A DNA stretch of 64,000 nt from an uncultured Parcubacteria group bacterium (GCA_947084965.1 CAMTUG010000002.1:79434-143433); one strand, 5' to 3'; counted from the first letter of the stretch, positions 39,004 through 49,047 are shown. The notes: generated by a model not told the origin, from the sequence alone. Translations and numbers: made by a program.

Positions 39004-40506
39004 TTAACGCATCACGAGGTTAGCGGTGTTGGCACCCAGAATCACTAAGAAGTCGACGGGCTCGGTTGGTTGAGCCGAATGATCTTCATCGCTGACCGTG
39101 AGCTCGCTTGGAATAATTTTGTTGGTGTACACCCAGCCGGCGGCCGACATCGATACTTGACCGGCCAGAATTTCAGACAGTGCCTGGAGCGCTTCCGGCT
39201 CGGTACCGTCGGTTAAATCGTAGATGACCGTTTGGGAGTAGTCGCGATTAACGGCGTTGCCGATTTTGATCACGTCAAACCCTTGCGCGGAGAGGATCTG
39301 CGAAGCGCCAAAAGCCATGCCACTGACGTTGGTCCCATTTTGAATTTCTACCCGAACGAAGTTGGGGACTTCTTCTTCTGGTTCGGACATGGCGATGTTT
39401 GAACCGCTGTCGTTGAGGATGTTGGCAGCGATGCGTTGGATCGGTCCCCAATCGTTGTTATCGGGCAAGAGGAGATAGGCGCCGTTGACGATCGCGCTGT
39501 AGAGCGGGCCGGATTCGTCGAGGACATGGTGGCTGATCGCGTTTTGGTCGATCGAAGGGATGTAGGTGGCGAGCTTGGTGATTTCCCACCCGGTTAAATT
39601 CGTTTCAATGTTGTCGCCAAGGGCGTCAAAGAGTCCGATGATGCGGGCAGGATTCAACAAGGTCGAAGCGGAAAGGAGTTCTTCACGTACGGCGAGGAGA
39701 ACTTTTTGCTGACGCGCAGCACGGGCGAAATCGCTGCCCTCGCCGTTGTTGCCATGGCGTGAGCGGACAAACTTGAGTGCGGTCGCTCCGTCCATATGTG
39801 TCCATCCTTCCTGGAAAGAGAGCGTTTCGTATCGGCAGCCGTAGGTCGGGACTTCGATCTCTTCGCCTGAAGCATCGGTGGTCGTTGTCGTCGTGCCACA
39901 GTCGGCATATTCCTTGCCTGGAGTTGGGTAGGCTGTATCGGTGAAGGCATTCTCCACGTAGATATCGACACCGTCCAACTCATCAATGAAATCAGCGAAC
40001 CCGTTGAAGTTGACTTTGACCCAGTAGTGGATCGGCTGTTCTAAAATTTCCCCGACAACCTTGGCGGTTGTTTCTGGCCCCTCGTAGACGTTGATCGAGT
40101 TAATGCGACCGATTCCACGGTCAGGGATCGGTACCGCCATATCGCGAGGGATCGAAAGCATACCAACTTCGCTGGTCGATGGGCGGAACGAGGTGAAGAT
40201 CATCGTGTCGGTCAGTTCTGATCCTTCATGGCCTTTACCGCCAACGCCGGTGAGCAAAATGTTGATGCGATCTTCGTCCTCGCCGGCGATCGGCTTGTCT
40301 CCTGAAAGGACGAGGCGCGAGAGGGTACCGAAGAATCCGCCTGGGCCTGTTTCCGTTGAGGTTACGCCAAACGAAAGGGCGGCCGCCATCATTGCTCCCG
40401 CAACGAGCACGACGAGAAAGAGACGTGCAAACAAAGAAACACCCCGTTCGCGCGGCGCCTCTAATCCGTATTTGGCTTTCAAAAAATCGACTTTGATCCG
40501 ATCCAT
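39004..40506 (-). CDS. LytR-CpsA-Psr (LCP) family cell-envelope protein with C-terminal extension
   Basis: N-terminal TM; LCP core ILLTGVGGKG...LSIPRD. Confidence 0.8.
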   Translation of the reverse strand: MDRIKVDFLKAKYGLEAPRERGVSLFARLFLVVLVAGAMMAAALSFGVTSTETGPGGFFGTLSRLVLSGDKPIAGEDEDRINILLTGVGGKGHEGSELTDTMIFTSFRPSTSEVGMLSIPRDMAVPIPDRGIGRINSINVYEGPETTAKVVGEILEQPIHYWVKVNFNGFADFIDELDGVDIYVENAFTDTAYPTPGKEYADCGTTTTTTDASGEEIEVPTYGCRYETLSFQEGWTHMDGATALKFVRSRHGNNGEGSDFARAARQQKVLLAVREELLSASTLLNPARIIGLFDALGDNIETNLTGWEITKLATYIPSIDQNAISHHVLDESGPLYSAIVNGAYLLLPDNNDWGPIQRIAANILNDSGSNIAMSEPEEEVPNFVRVEIQNGTNVSGMAFGASQILSAQGFDVIKIGNAVNRDYSQTVIYDLTDGTEPEALQALSEILAGQVSMSAAGWVYTNKIIPSELTVSDEDHSAQPTEPVDFLVILGANTANLVMR

Positions 40507-40587
40507 AACGCGAGACCATTATAAGAGGAAGTGGCTCTCTTGCCAAGCTTTGCGAATTCGGTTATTCTTGCTGCCGTTCGAGTTCAC

Positions 40588-40664
40588 GGGCGTTTAGCTC
40601 AGTTGGTTAGAGCGTTGCATTCACATTGCAAAGGTCGGTGGTTCGAGTCCACCAACGCCCACCA
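40588..40664 (+). tRNA. tRNA-Val (CAC)
   Basis: GGGCGTTTAGCTCAGTTGGTTAGAGCGTTGCATTCACATTGCAAAGGTCGGTGGTTCGAGTCCACCAACGCCCACCA. Confidence 0.8.
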
Positions 40665-40845
40665 AAAATTTCTCAGCCTAAGGCTGGGAAATTTTTGATA
40701 TTGGTGGACTCGAATCAGGGAAAGGGGAACGGGGGAAACGGGAGTTTCCCCAGTGAGGTCGCCAGTGAGGAAGGGGTGACAGCGAGCGGAGGCGAGCGCC
40801 AGAGGGGAAACGACGTTTCCCCATGGGGAGGAGCGTAGCGACGAC

Positions 40846-40869
40846 GTTCGCGTCCACCAACGCCCACCA
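40846..40869 (+). repeat. Direct duplicate of the tRNA-Val 3' end (att-like remnant)
   Basis: gttcgcgtccaccaacgcccacca versus tRNA 3' end gttcgagtccaccaacgcccacca; an inverted T-arm fragment ggtggactcgaa lies at ~40703. Confidence 0.55.
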
Positions 40870-40874
40870 AAAAA

Positions 40875-40908
40875 TCCCGAGGCGTACGCCTCGGGATTTT
40901 TTGTTTTC
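40875..40908 (+). terminator. Rho-independent terminator
   Basis: tcccgaggcgtacgcctcggga + tttttgtttt. Confidence 0.65.
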
Positions 40909-40939
40909 TATCCAGTGTGCGGAGGGCAAGATGCTATGA

Positions 40940-41902
40940 CTAGCGATCTGCTGATCTCCGCGGTTGACTCACCGTCAACAACAAAAATTTTCCTGAATCA
41001 AGCTGGGCGATTCCCGGATCTCCTCCGATCGGTGAAAGTAATGTCGTCGGCTCTGTCCAAGCATTATCGCGATACTCGGCAAACCACAGGGAAGGACCGG
41101 ATCCATAAAAACGCAGGACACCATCAATGACCACCATATTGCCCGTCCAGTTGCGTTGATCACCGGAAGTGAACGTCTCCATCTCGCTGAAGTTCAATCC
41201 ATCGGTCGATGTCTGAAAGAAATATTCCCCTGGCTTCCCTGGAGTTAACAGATACCAGGTGCCATCGAGAAGTCCGACTGCACTGTCGTAGGCATTTTCT
41301 TCTGCATAGGCAGTGCGGGCCCCTTCTTCAAACACATAGTTCACACCGTCCGTAGAAATGGCTGAGTAAATTTCTACTCCTTCTAACATTTTCGTCCCGG
41401 TTGTGTTCGAAGTAAAATACAGTCGGATACGGTCATCGTCTGTCAGCACGAGGGTCGGATCAAACGGGCGTTGGTAATTTGTCGGGAGTCCGCTGATGGA
41501 AATAATCTGCGGCTCTGTCCACGTTTGACCTTCATCTTCAGAAATTTTGACGGCAATTTTATCAAATGCGGCGTCGTCATTTTCTGGAAACCATTGGAAG
41601 GCCGCGATCAATCGACCGGAGGCGTCTTGAATAATGCTCGGTACGCCCGCACGCTCTTCAAATACCGCTGATTCTTCGAAGGTCGTTCCGTCCTCGCTCC
41701 ACCAGATATCGACATCATTCATCCAGGGGCCTTTTGTCGATTGATTGTTCGCGAGCGGCGGAGCTTGATTCACCCGAGCAGCGTTGGGTGATGATACGTT
41801 GTTTGATGGATCGGTGGATGAACAGCCGGCACCGGCAAGAACAAAAAACGTCAGGAGAACCGAACAAGAGAGGCGGAAGATTTTCATAGATAGAAAGAGC
41901 AT
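40940..41902 (-). CDS. Lipoprotein with BNR/Asp-box repeats (sialidase-like beta-propeller glycosidase fold)
   Basis: Signal + lipobox LAGAGC; Asp-box SEDEGQTW and a degenerate STDGLNF. Confidence 0.6.
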   Translation of the reverse strand: MLFLSMKIFRLSCSVLLTFFVLAGAGCSSTDPSNNVSSPNAARVNQAPPLANNQSTKGPWMNDVDIWWSEDGTTFEESAVFEERAGVPSIIQDASGRLIAAFQWFPENDDAAFDKIAVKISEDEGQTWTEPQIISISGLPTNYQRPFDPTLVLTDDDRIRLYFTSNTTGTKMLEGVEIYSAISTDGVNYVFEEGARTAYAEENAYDSAVGLLDGTWYLLTPGKPGEYFFQTSTDGLNFSEMETFTSGDQRNWTGNMVVIDGVLRFYGSGPSLWFAEYRDNAWTEPTTLLSPIGGDPGIAQLDSGKFLLLTVSQPRRSADR

Positions 41903-41959
41903 AACATTTCACATACCAATGGGGAAACCCTAGTGATAATTTAACTTTTGTGATACGGT

Positions 41960-42328
41960 TTGCTTAAGAATATGGCTCGATTTTTTATCGCATGCGCTTC
42001 GGTCAGCCTCGCCCTTTTGGGGCTGTTTGGAATGCAGGGCGCGGGCTCGATGACCTTGATGGATCATGGGCAGATGATGGAGCACACGGGATGTGAAGAC
42101 GGACATTGTGGCGAACCAACCGGCACGGCCTGTGCTACACATTGCTTGGCCCAGGCGATCGAGGAAACAGCGCGGGTCGTTTCTGCTCCGGCCAGTTCGA
42201 CCGCTGTTGTTGCTGGCGTAATCTTCGGGGTCATCGTCCTGTTTCAAAAAGCGCGCCTTTGGCAACCGGTCCTTGCTATTCGTTCACGCGATCCCGCATG
42301 GATACGCTCAACGATTCGTCGAGAATAA
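41960..42328 (+). CDS. Small secreted/membrane Met/His/Cys-rich protein (putative copper-binding)
   Basis: MTLMDHGQMMEHTGCEDGHCGEPTGTACATHC after a signal-like N-terminus; sits in the copA cluster. Confidence 0.45.
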   Translation: MLKNMARFFIACASVSLALLGLFGMQGAGSMTLMDHGQMMEHTGCEDGHCGEPTGTACATHCLAQAIEETARVVSAPASSTAVVAGVIFGVIVLFQKARLWQPVLAIRSRDPAWIRSTIRRE

Positions 42329-42362
42329 CAGTCACGTTCGAGCAGAGCTTGTTTCGTGATTT

Positions 42363-43550
42363 TTGATTTCTATGACTACTGAACAACAACAAACGTGTAC
42401 ACTCGCTCCAAGTAAACCGTCGATCGGTGAACTCATCGTACTTTTCGGTGTCGTCCTGTATCTCGGGTATCTCCTGAAATCGTTCGGCTTCCTCACTCCG
42501 GAGGTTGTACTTGGTGGATCAGTCGGACTTGGTGCCGTCTTCCTGATGGGTCTTATTGCCGCGGCTTCGTCTTGCATCGCCGTGTCTGGAGGGTTGATGC
42601 TTTCTTCTGTTGCGTCCTTTCAGAAACGTTATGGCGGAAACGGCAAGTGGGGAAAGATGCAACCAACGCTTCTCTTTGTCTTGGGTCGTGTCGTCGCCTA
42701 CACCGTGCTTGGGGGGGCGATCGGCTACATCGGCCAAGCGTTCGTTCCATCGCCAGTCGTGCTCGGGGTGATCACCTTCTTCGCCGCTACCTACATGCTG
42801 ATCATGGGACTTAACATGTTGTCGATCGCTCCAGTTTGGGTACGACGGCTGACTCCGACGATGCCGCGGGTGCTGACCAAAAAAATTCTCGGTGGGGAAA
42901 ATCGCGAAGGGTGGTTTATGCCATCGCTTCTTGGTGGTGCAACCTTCTTTCTACCGTGCGGTTTTACCCAGGCGCTACAGATCTTCGCCCTCACGACCGG
43001 AAGTGCTGTGACTAGCGCATTGATCCTTGGGGTTTTCGCTCTTGGTACGGCGCCATCACTCCTTGCTCTTGGTTGGGCTTCCAGCTCGCTTAAAGGACAG
43101 ACGGGCGCTTGGTTCTATCGATTTTCTGGCGCGCTCGTTGTTGTCCTTGGTGTTTGGAATGTCGGCAACGCGGCGACGATCTCCGGGATCGATCTAGAAG
43201 TGCCGAGCTTCGCGTTATCATCGACCTCGACGAACGAAGATCCTTCCACAGGGTCTGATCCGTACGTCAAAATGGTCGACGGTGTGCAAGTGATCAATAT
43301 GCGGATCACGGGTCAAGAACCATTCTACCTTCCTGCTGATACGTATACGGTCAAAGCGGGTACACCGGTACGCATGGAAATTACTGGAATCGGTACTGGA
43401 TGTCGGACGATCTTCCAGATTCCAAAATACAACGTCAGCGTGCCTCTCATTGATCCGGTGAACATCGTTGAATTTACGCCGACCAAAACGGGCAAGGTGG
43501 TCTTCTCCTGTTCGATGGGGATGTATAAGGGGACGTTGAATGTCATTTAG
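42363..43550 (+). CDS. Polytopic Cys-containing membrane protein fused to a C-terminal cupredoxin-like beta-sandwich domain
   Basis: ~8 TM with conserved Cys in TM segments (SSCIAVSGG, FLPCGFTQ); C-terminal ~110 aa beta-rich domain with Cys/Met. Confidence 0.5.
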   Translation: MISMTTEQQQTCTLAPSKPSIGELIVLFGVVLYLGYLLKSFGFLTPEVVLGGSVGLGAVFLMGLIAAASSCIAVSGGLMLSSVASFQKRYGGNGKWGKMQPTLLFVLGRVVAYTVLGGAIGYIGQAFVPSPVVLGVITFFAATYMLIMGLNMLSIAPVWVRRLTPTMPRVLTKKILGGENREGWFMPSLLGGATFFLPCGFTQALQIFALTTGSAVTSALILGVFALGTAPSLLALGWASSSLKGQTGAWFYRFSGALVVVLGVWNVGNAATISGIDLEVPSFALSSTSTNEDPSTGSDPYVKMVDGVQVINMRITGQEPFYLPADTYTVKAGTPVRMEITGIGTGCRTIFQIPKYNVSVPLIDPVNIVEFTPTKTGKVVFSCSMGMYKGTLNVI

Positions 43551-44010
43551 TATGAAAGATAAGACATTCATGATCCTAGGATTCGGAACAGTAGTCCTGG
43601 TGATCGGCGGATTGGCTGTGCTCGCCGCGTCGCAGAGGGTGGACACGTCGACGCTCTCAACACGCGAAGTTGCTTTGAGCTGTACAACCGACATGGCCAC
43701 GGCATTCCATATTCATCCGCGTCTCGCCATCACCGTTGATGGTGTTGATGAGTCGTTGCCTATGAATATCGGCATCAGGAGCGGTTGTATGAATCCTCTG
43801 CACACACACGAGGAACAAGGGGTGATTCACGTTGAATCACCGGTACAGCGCGACTTTACCCTCGGTGATTTTTTTGCCGTGTGGGGTGAGCCGCTGGCGC
43901 GCGAAGGGTATGCACTGACCGTGTTAGCTGACGGGACGATCGCGCCTGATCCGGAATCCGTTGTCTTCAAGGATGATCAGCAGATCGAACTATTGTATTC
44001 ATCAAAATAG
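43540..44010 (+). CDS. Membrane-anchored hypothetical protein with His/Cys motifs (possible metal chaperone)
   Basis: N-terminal TM; HIHPRL...SGCMNPLHTHEEQGVIHVE. Confidence 0.45.
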   Translation: MSFSMKDKTFMILGFGTVVLVIGGLAVLAASQRVDTSTLSTREVALSCTTDMATAFHIHPRLAITVDGVDESLPMNIGIRSGCMNPLHTHEEQGVIHVESPVQRDFTLGDFFAVWGEPLAREGYALTVLADGTIAPDPESVVFKDDQQIELLYSSK

Positions 44011-44016
44011 GACGTT

Positions 44017-46191
44017 ATGAAATCCACTTTTAAGATTGATGGGATGCACTGCGCTTCCTGCGCGGTGACGATTGAAAAGGATCTCTCCAAGACTGCGGGC
44101 GTGAAGGACGCTATTGTTAACTTTGCTACGGCAAAAGCCACGGTGGAGTTTGACGAGGCTACGGTGTCGGAGATGGGATTACATGAGGTGGTTGTCAAAG
44201 CAGGGTATTCCGTTCAGATGGATCACGGTACACACGGCGCCGGAGCACCGCAGAGCGAACACGCACACGGTGGAGTACGAGAAGCAGGGCGTCGAGCGCT
44301 GATCTCGTTAGCGTTGGGTGTTCCTGTGATGGTGCTGGCGATGCTTGGGCGCGAACCGTGGGTGCAGGCGGTGCTGGCCACGATCGTCGTGCTTGGGCCT
44401 GGGATGGAGTTTCATAAGATGACCTGGAAGGTCCTTAAGCGTGGGCGGGCGAACATGGACACGCTGATCACCCTCGGGACGCTCGTGGCGCTTCTCTTCA
44501 GCTGGTGGAATCTGATCGCTTGGTGGAACTGGCAAGAGCTTACGAAGGTTGCTCTTGTGGAAGGCGTTCAACCAACGTTTCATCTCTACTTTGAGATTGC
44601 CGCGATCATCACTGGATTCATTTTGCTTGGTCGTTACTTTGAGGCGAAGAGCAAGGGGCGGGCGAGTGCAGCGATTCAGAAGTTGCTTGAGCTGGGAGTG
44701 AAGTCCGCACATCGAGTGAAGTCCGACGGATCGATCGAAGAAGTTCCACTCGAAACACTGGTGCTCGAAGATCGTGTCTTGGTGAAACCGGGGGAAAAGA
44801 TTCCGCTGGATGGACTCGTCGTTGATGGACGATCATCGATTGATGAATCGATGCTGACCGGTGAAAGTTTGCCTGTTGGGAAACAGGTTGGTGATGCTGT
44901 GTACGGTGCGACGATCAATCAACAAGGTGCGCTGACGATCGAGGTGAAAAAGCTTGTTGGGCAAACGGCGCTTGATCAAATTGTGAAGATGGTTGAAGAG
45001 GCACAGCAGAAGAAGGCGCCGATCCAAAAGTTAGTCGATCACATCAGTGGAATCTTTGTTCCGGTCGTGATTGTGATCGCTGTCATTACCTTCGCGATCT
45101 GGTATTTCGTGACGGGAGATGTGACGGCTTCGTTCGTTCCGGCCGTTGCTGTTTTGGTGATCGCTTGTCCGTGTGCTCTTGGGCTTGCAACACCGACAGC
45201 GATTATGGTCGGCACGGGTCGTGGAGCCGAACGTGGGGTGTTGATCAAAAATGGCGAAGCGCTTGAGCGCGGTCGCAACCTCGACGTTGTGATGTTTGAT
45301 AAAACAGGGACGTTGACCGAAGGCAAACCGTCGGTGACGGATTGGACAGGGGAGAATTTGAAAGGCGTCGCGACCGTTGAATCTTCGTCCGAGCACCCGT
45401 TAGCTAAAGCCGTCCTCACCTACGCTAAATCGCAAGATGTCGCTCTCGGTAAGCTTGAACACTTTCAATCCGTGACAGGGAAAGGGGCAAAAGGGACGGT
45501 TGATGGTGTGGCTGTTTTGGTCGGCAACGCGGCGTTGATGGCGGACGAAGGCGTGGATTTGAAAGAGTACGCCAATGACATCGCGCGATTGCAGTCCGAG
45601 GCGAAGACGGTTGTGATTGTTGCAGAGAACGGCAAAGCGGTCGGTTTACTGGCGATTGCGGACGCGCCAAAGGCAACGGCAAAGGAGACGATCAAAGCGC
45701 TGCGAACGCTCGGGCTCGAAGTGCTCATGATCACTGGCGACCACAAAACAACGGCACAGGCGATCGCCAATGATCTCGGCATCACCCAGATTGAAGCTGA
45801 GGTTTTGCCCGATCAGAAGTTAGAGATCGTCAAACGCTGGCAACAGAACAAAAAGAAGGTCGCCTTTGTCGGCGACGGGATCAACGATGCTCCAGCCCTC
45901 ACCCAGGCTGACTTGGGGATCGCTGTGGGGAGCGGTACGGATGTGGCGATCGAGGCCGGACAGATCGTGCTGGTGGGTGGCGGACCGGAAAAGGTTATCG
46001 AAGGGATTACCCTCTCGCGTCAAACGTACAGCATCATTAAGCAAAACCTCTTCTGGGCCTTCATCTACAACGTCATTGGCATTCCGGTTGCGGCCCTTGG
46101 ACTCTTAAATCCGATCATCGCTTCGGCGGCGATGGCCTTTTCCTCGGTTTCGGTCGTCTTGAACTCCCTCCGCTTGAAATCGGCCAAATAA
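44017..46191 (+). CDS. copA: Copper-translocating P1B-type ATPase
   Basis: HMA domain GMHCASC; CPC in TM6; DKTGTLT; [10 protein letters not shown]. Confidence 0.9.
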   Translation: MKSTFKIDGMHCASCAVTIEKDLSKTAGVKDAIVNFATAKATVEFDEATVSEMGLHEVVVKAGYSVQMDHGTHGAGAPQSEHAHGGVREAGRRALISLALGVPVMVLAMLGREPWVQAVLATIVVLGPGMEFHKMTWKVLKRGRANMDTLITLGTLVALLFSWWNLIAWWNWQELTKVALVEGVQPTFHLYFEIAAIITGFILLGRYFEAKSKGRASAAIQKLLELGVKSAHRVKSDGSIEEVPLETLVLEDRVLVKPGEKIPLDGLVVDGRSSIDESMLTGESLPVGKQVGDAVYGATINQQGALTIEVKKLVGQTALDQIVKMVEEAQQKKAPIQKLVDHISGIFVPVVIVIAVITFAIWYFVTGDVTASFVPAVAVLVIACPCALGLATPTAIMVGTGRGAERGVLIKNGEALERGRNLDVVMFDKTGTLTEGKPSVTDWTGENLKGVATVESSSEHPLAKAVLTYAKSQDVALGKLEHFQSVTGKGAKGTVDGVAVLVGNAALMADEGVDLKEYANDIARLQSEAKTVVIVAENGKAVGLLAIADAPKATAKETIKALRTLGLEVLMITGDHKTTAQAIANDLGITQIEAEVLPDQKLEIVKRWQQNKKKVAFVGDGINDAPALTQADLGIAVGSGTDVAIEAGQIVLVGGGPEKVIEGITLSRQTYSIIKQNLFWAFIYNVIGIPVAALGLLNPIIASAAMAFSSVSVVLNSLRLKSAK

Positions 46192-46210
46192 CCTGCTAAC
46201 CTAGTGTCAC

Positions 46211-46825
46211 ATGCTGTTTCGCAAACAAGATCCGACGATAGAAACGTTCTGGCATCGAACGTTCGGCCCAACGCTTGGCGCCGTGGCGATGTTTTTGCTG
46301 GAAGTCATGCAGATCGTGATCATCTCGGCCGCGATCATCGTCCCGATCCGTTACTTCCTGATCCAACCGTTCTACGTCAAAGGAGCGTCGATGGAACCGG
46401 AATTCTACGATCATGAATACTTGATCATTGACGAAATCTCCTACCGGTTCAGCGATCCGGCACGCGGGGACATCATCGTCTTCCGTTATCCGCGCGACCC
46501 ATCGCAGTATTTCATCAAGCGAGTGATCGGGTTACCAGGGGAAACGGTCGAGGTGACCAACGGAGTTGTCTTTGTCTACAACGATCAACATCCGAACGGC
46601 GTAGAATTGGACGAGCCGTATTTGGATCCTGAGTTCACTGCTGGCCATAAGCGTGTCACGCTCGGTGAGGGGGAATACTTCGTCCTTGGCGATCATCGCG
46701 ACGCGAGTTTGGACTCGCGATCGTTCGGGGCTGTGCCAAGTGATTTGATCGTTGGAAAGGTGTGGTTGCGTGGATTGCCGATCAATAAAATTACGCTCTT
46801 CGAAGCGCCTGAATATAATCTATGA
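46211..46825 (+). CDS. lepB: Signal peptidase I
   Basis: GASMEPEF (box B Ser), KRVIGLPGE (box D Lys), YFVLGDHRDASLDSR (box E). Confidence 0.85.
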   Translation: MLFRKQDPTIETFWHRTFGPTLGAVAMFLLEVMQIVIISAAIIVPIRYFLIQPFYVKGASMEPEFYDHEYLIIDEISYRFSDPARGDIIVFRYPRDPSQYFIKRVIGLPGETVEVTNGVVFVYNDQHPNGVELDEPYLDPEFTAGHKRVTLGEGEYFVLGDHRDASLDSRSFGAVPSDLIVGKVWLRGLPINKITLFEAPEYNL

Positions 46826-48192
46826 AGAAAGCAGAAGTGAAAGAAGAATCAGCAAAGGCTGAGGCGCCAAAAGCTGGAGAAGCACCTGCCGGGAAGCGTG
46901 TGAAAACCCCGCAATTGCTGCGCGGGTTTCGCGATGTGTTACCGGAAGAGCAGTCGTTTTGGGATTTTGCTCGCACCACGGCGGAGAAGTTAGCCCGCGC
47001 GTATTCGTTTGATCGCATCGGTTTGCCACTTCTTGAATCGCAAGATCTGTTTATCCGCTCGGTTGGAAAGGCAACGGACATTGTGGAAAAAGAGATGTTC
47101 GCCTTTGAAGATCCAGGTGGGGACAAGGTAGTCATGCGTCCGGAGGGGACGGCCAGCGCCGCCCGTGCCTACATCGAACACGGCATGCTCGATCGCCCCC
47201 AGCCCGTCAAACTGTTCTATATCGAACCGATGTTCCGCTACGACCGTCCGCAAGCTGGACGCTACCGTCAGCACTATCAGTTCGGTGCGGAAGTGTTTGG
47301 GTCAGAAGAAGCGATCATTGATGCGCAGTTGATCACCGTTGCTCACAGTTTTTATAAGGAGTTGGGGCTCGACGTGGTCATGCGTATGAATTCGATCGGC
47401 ACCAACGAATCGCGCACGGCATATAAGGTCGAATTGGTGGCGCACTATCGTCGTCATCGCAATACGATCTGTGAAGATTGCAAGCGCCGGTTGCAGAAGA
47501 ATCCATTGCGCGTTTTGGACTGTAAAGAAGAATCCTGTCAGCCGGTTAAAGCGAGTGCACCGCAGATTCTGGATTATCTTGATGACGCTTCGAAAGAGCA
47601 CTTCATGAAAGTTCTCGAGTACTTGGACGAGGTGGGTGTGAAGTACGTTCTGTCTCCGCATTTGGTGCGCGGATTGGATTACTACTCGCGCACCGTGTTC
47701 GAAGTGACGCTTGCTGATGCCGACGAAGAAGCGGCGCGCGGAACTGTTTTGGGAGGCGGCGGACGCTACGACGCCTTGATCGAAACGCTCGGTGGCCGAC
47801 CAACTCCAGGATGTGGATTCGGTCTTGGGATTGAACGCACGGTGATGGCGATGAAAGACAAAGGGGTTGTGCCGCCGGTTGTGACTCCGTTTGTCTTCTT
47901 GGCTCCGCTTGGCGACGGCGCACGTCGCAAGGGCCTGCTCTTGTTCGAGCAGTTGCGCCAGGCCGGGATCCCCGTGGCCGAATGTTTCGGCAAAGCGGCT
48001 TTGAAAGCCCAGCTTGAAGCGGCCGACCGTATGAAAGTGCCACACACCTTAATTTTGGGCCAAAAGGAAGTTTTGGACGGCACGATCATCATTCGCGACA
48101 TGGAATCCGGCGCGCAAGAAACGGTTGATATTGGCAAAGTCGTCGGGATTATTCAGAAAAAATTAGCCAACGGAAATGGGAAGAGCGAATAA
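46822..48192 (+). CDS. hisS: Histidyl-tRNA synthetase
   Basis: class IIa motifs; anticodon-binding C-terminus; 4-nt overlap with lepB. Confidence 0.88.
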   Translation: MKKAEVKEESAKAEAPKAGEAPAGKRVKTPQLLRGFRDVLPEEQSFWDFARTTAEKLARAYSFDRIGLPLLESQDLFIRSVGKATDIVEKEMFAFEDPGGDKVVMRPEGTASAARAYIEHGMLDRPQPVKLFYIEPMFRYDRPQAGRYRQHYQFGAEVFGSEEAIIDAQLITVAHSFYKELGLDVVMRMNSIGTNESRTAYKVELVAHYRRHRNTICEDCKRRLQKNPLRVLDCKEESCQPVKASAPQILDYLDDASKEHFMKVLEYLDEVGVKYVLSPHLVRGLDYYSRTVFEVTLADADEEAARGTVLGGGGRYDALIETLGGRPTPGCGFGLGIERTVMAMKDKGVVPPVVTPFVFLAPLGDGARRKGLLLFEQLRQAGIPVAECFGKAALKAQLEAADRMKVPHTLILGQKEVLDGTIIIRDMESGAQETVDIGKVVGIIQKKLANGNGKSE

Positions 48193-48260
48193 GAGTTTAT
48201 AGGGAAAGAACGGCCTAAATGGCCGTTCTTTTGTTTTGTGGCATAAAGAGCCCAACATAA

Positions 48261-48289
48261 TTGACAAAGTTACATTTTTATGCTATTTT
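48261..48289 (+). promoter_or_regulatory. Sigma70-like promoter TTGACA-N17-TATTTT (shared type with 49019-49047)
   Basis: ttgacaaagttacatttttatgctatttt; RBS aaggaggaagg before ATG 48321. Confidence 0.45.
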
Positions 48290-48320
48290 TCTTGACCACC
48301 AAGGCAAGGAGGAAGGAAAG

Positions 48321-48818
48321 ATGCGTCGTTATTTTATCGGCATCGGCGGTCTCATGGCCGCTGGATTTGCAGGGATCGCCGTGGCGATGGTTTCTGTCCA
48401 CAGACAGTGGCAGGCAGACGTCGCGGCGGCTGAGGCGGCCCAAGCTGAGTGGGTCGCTGAGCGGGCGGAGATCGCCGAGCGCGAAGCGGTCGCGCGCAAG
48501 GCCGAGGAGCAGAAGGAGCTCATCGGCGAGGCGATGGCCAACCTGACGGGGGGCTGGAACCCCTGGATCGTCGACTCGATCGACCAGGTCCAGAACCCCG
48601 AGTTCGTCGCGCTCTTCCTGGTCGTCCGCGCCCAGCGGGACGAGCAGAGCAAGGCGCTCGACGAGCTGCTCGAGAAGGAGCCGTGCGCCAGCCGGTTCGA
48701 GAAGCCGGGCTACAAGGAGCGCTGCGACAAGCTCTTCGACGCCCTGTCCCTCGAGACCTTCGCCCCGATCAAGCCCAACCTCGACCGCATCCAGGAGATC
48801 GCCAACACGTACAACTAG
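48321..48818 (+). CDS. GC-rich membrane-anchored coiled-coil hypothetical protein
   Basis: MRRYFIGIGGLMAAGFAGIAVAMV TM then Ala/Glu-rich helix; visibly GC-rich; ORF-track start 48261 is the -35 box. Confidence 0.55.
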   Translation: MRRYFIGIGGLMAAGFAGIAVAMVSVHRQWQADVAAAEAAQAEWVAERAEIAEREAVARKAEEQKELIGEAMANLTGGWNPWIVDSIDQVQNPEFVALFLVVRAQRDEQSKALDELLEKEPCASRFEKPGYKERCDKLFDALSLETFAPIKPNLDRIQEIANTYN

Positions 48819-48821
48819 TAC

Positions 48822-48882
48822 GACCACCCCCAGCGGCCACCCTCGTCGCACTCTCGGGGGTGGTCGCTGCATTTCATGCAGC
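48822..48882 (+). terminator. GC-rich tandem hairpins (GACCACCCCC...GGGGGTGGTC then GCTGCATTTCATGCAGC), repeat family
   Basis: cgaccacccccagcggccaccctcgtcgcactctcgggggtggtcgctgcatttcatgcagc. Confidence 0.5.
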
Positions 48883-48944
48883 CACAGGGGCTTCCGCCCC
48901 TCTGGTCGTCGCTCCGCTCCTGTCACCCTCAGCAGGTAAGGGGA

Positions 48945-48970
48945 GATATCTCCCCTTACCATCCCCTCCG
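48945..48970. repeat. Perfect 26-bp palindrome
   Basis: ggtaaggggagatatctccccttacc. Confidence 0.5.
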
Positions 48971-49018
48971 CCCACGCTTCGCGTGGTCGCTGCATTTTAG
49001 CTACTTTAGCCACGAACG

Positions 49019-49047
49019 TTGACAAAGTCGACTTTTTGTGTTATTTT
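49019..49047 (+). promoter_or_regulatory. Sigma70-like promoter TTGACA-N17-TATTTT, near-identical to 48261-48289
   Basis: ttgacaaagtcgactttttgtgttatttt; preceded by a partial copy gtggtcgctgcatttta of the 3' repeat. Confidence 0.45.

Noticed and set aside
48261-48320. ORF-track start at 48261 for the GC-rich gene
   Set aside because: Position 48261 is the TTGACA -35 hexamer. A strong RBS (aaggaggaagg) precedes ATG 48321.
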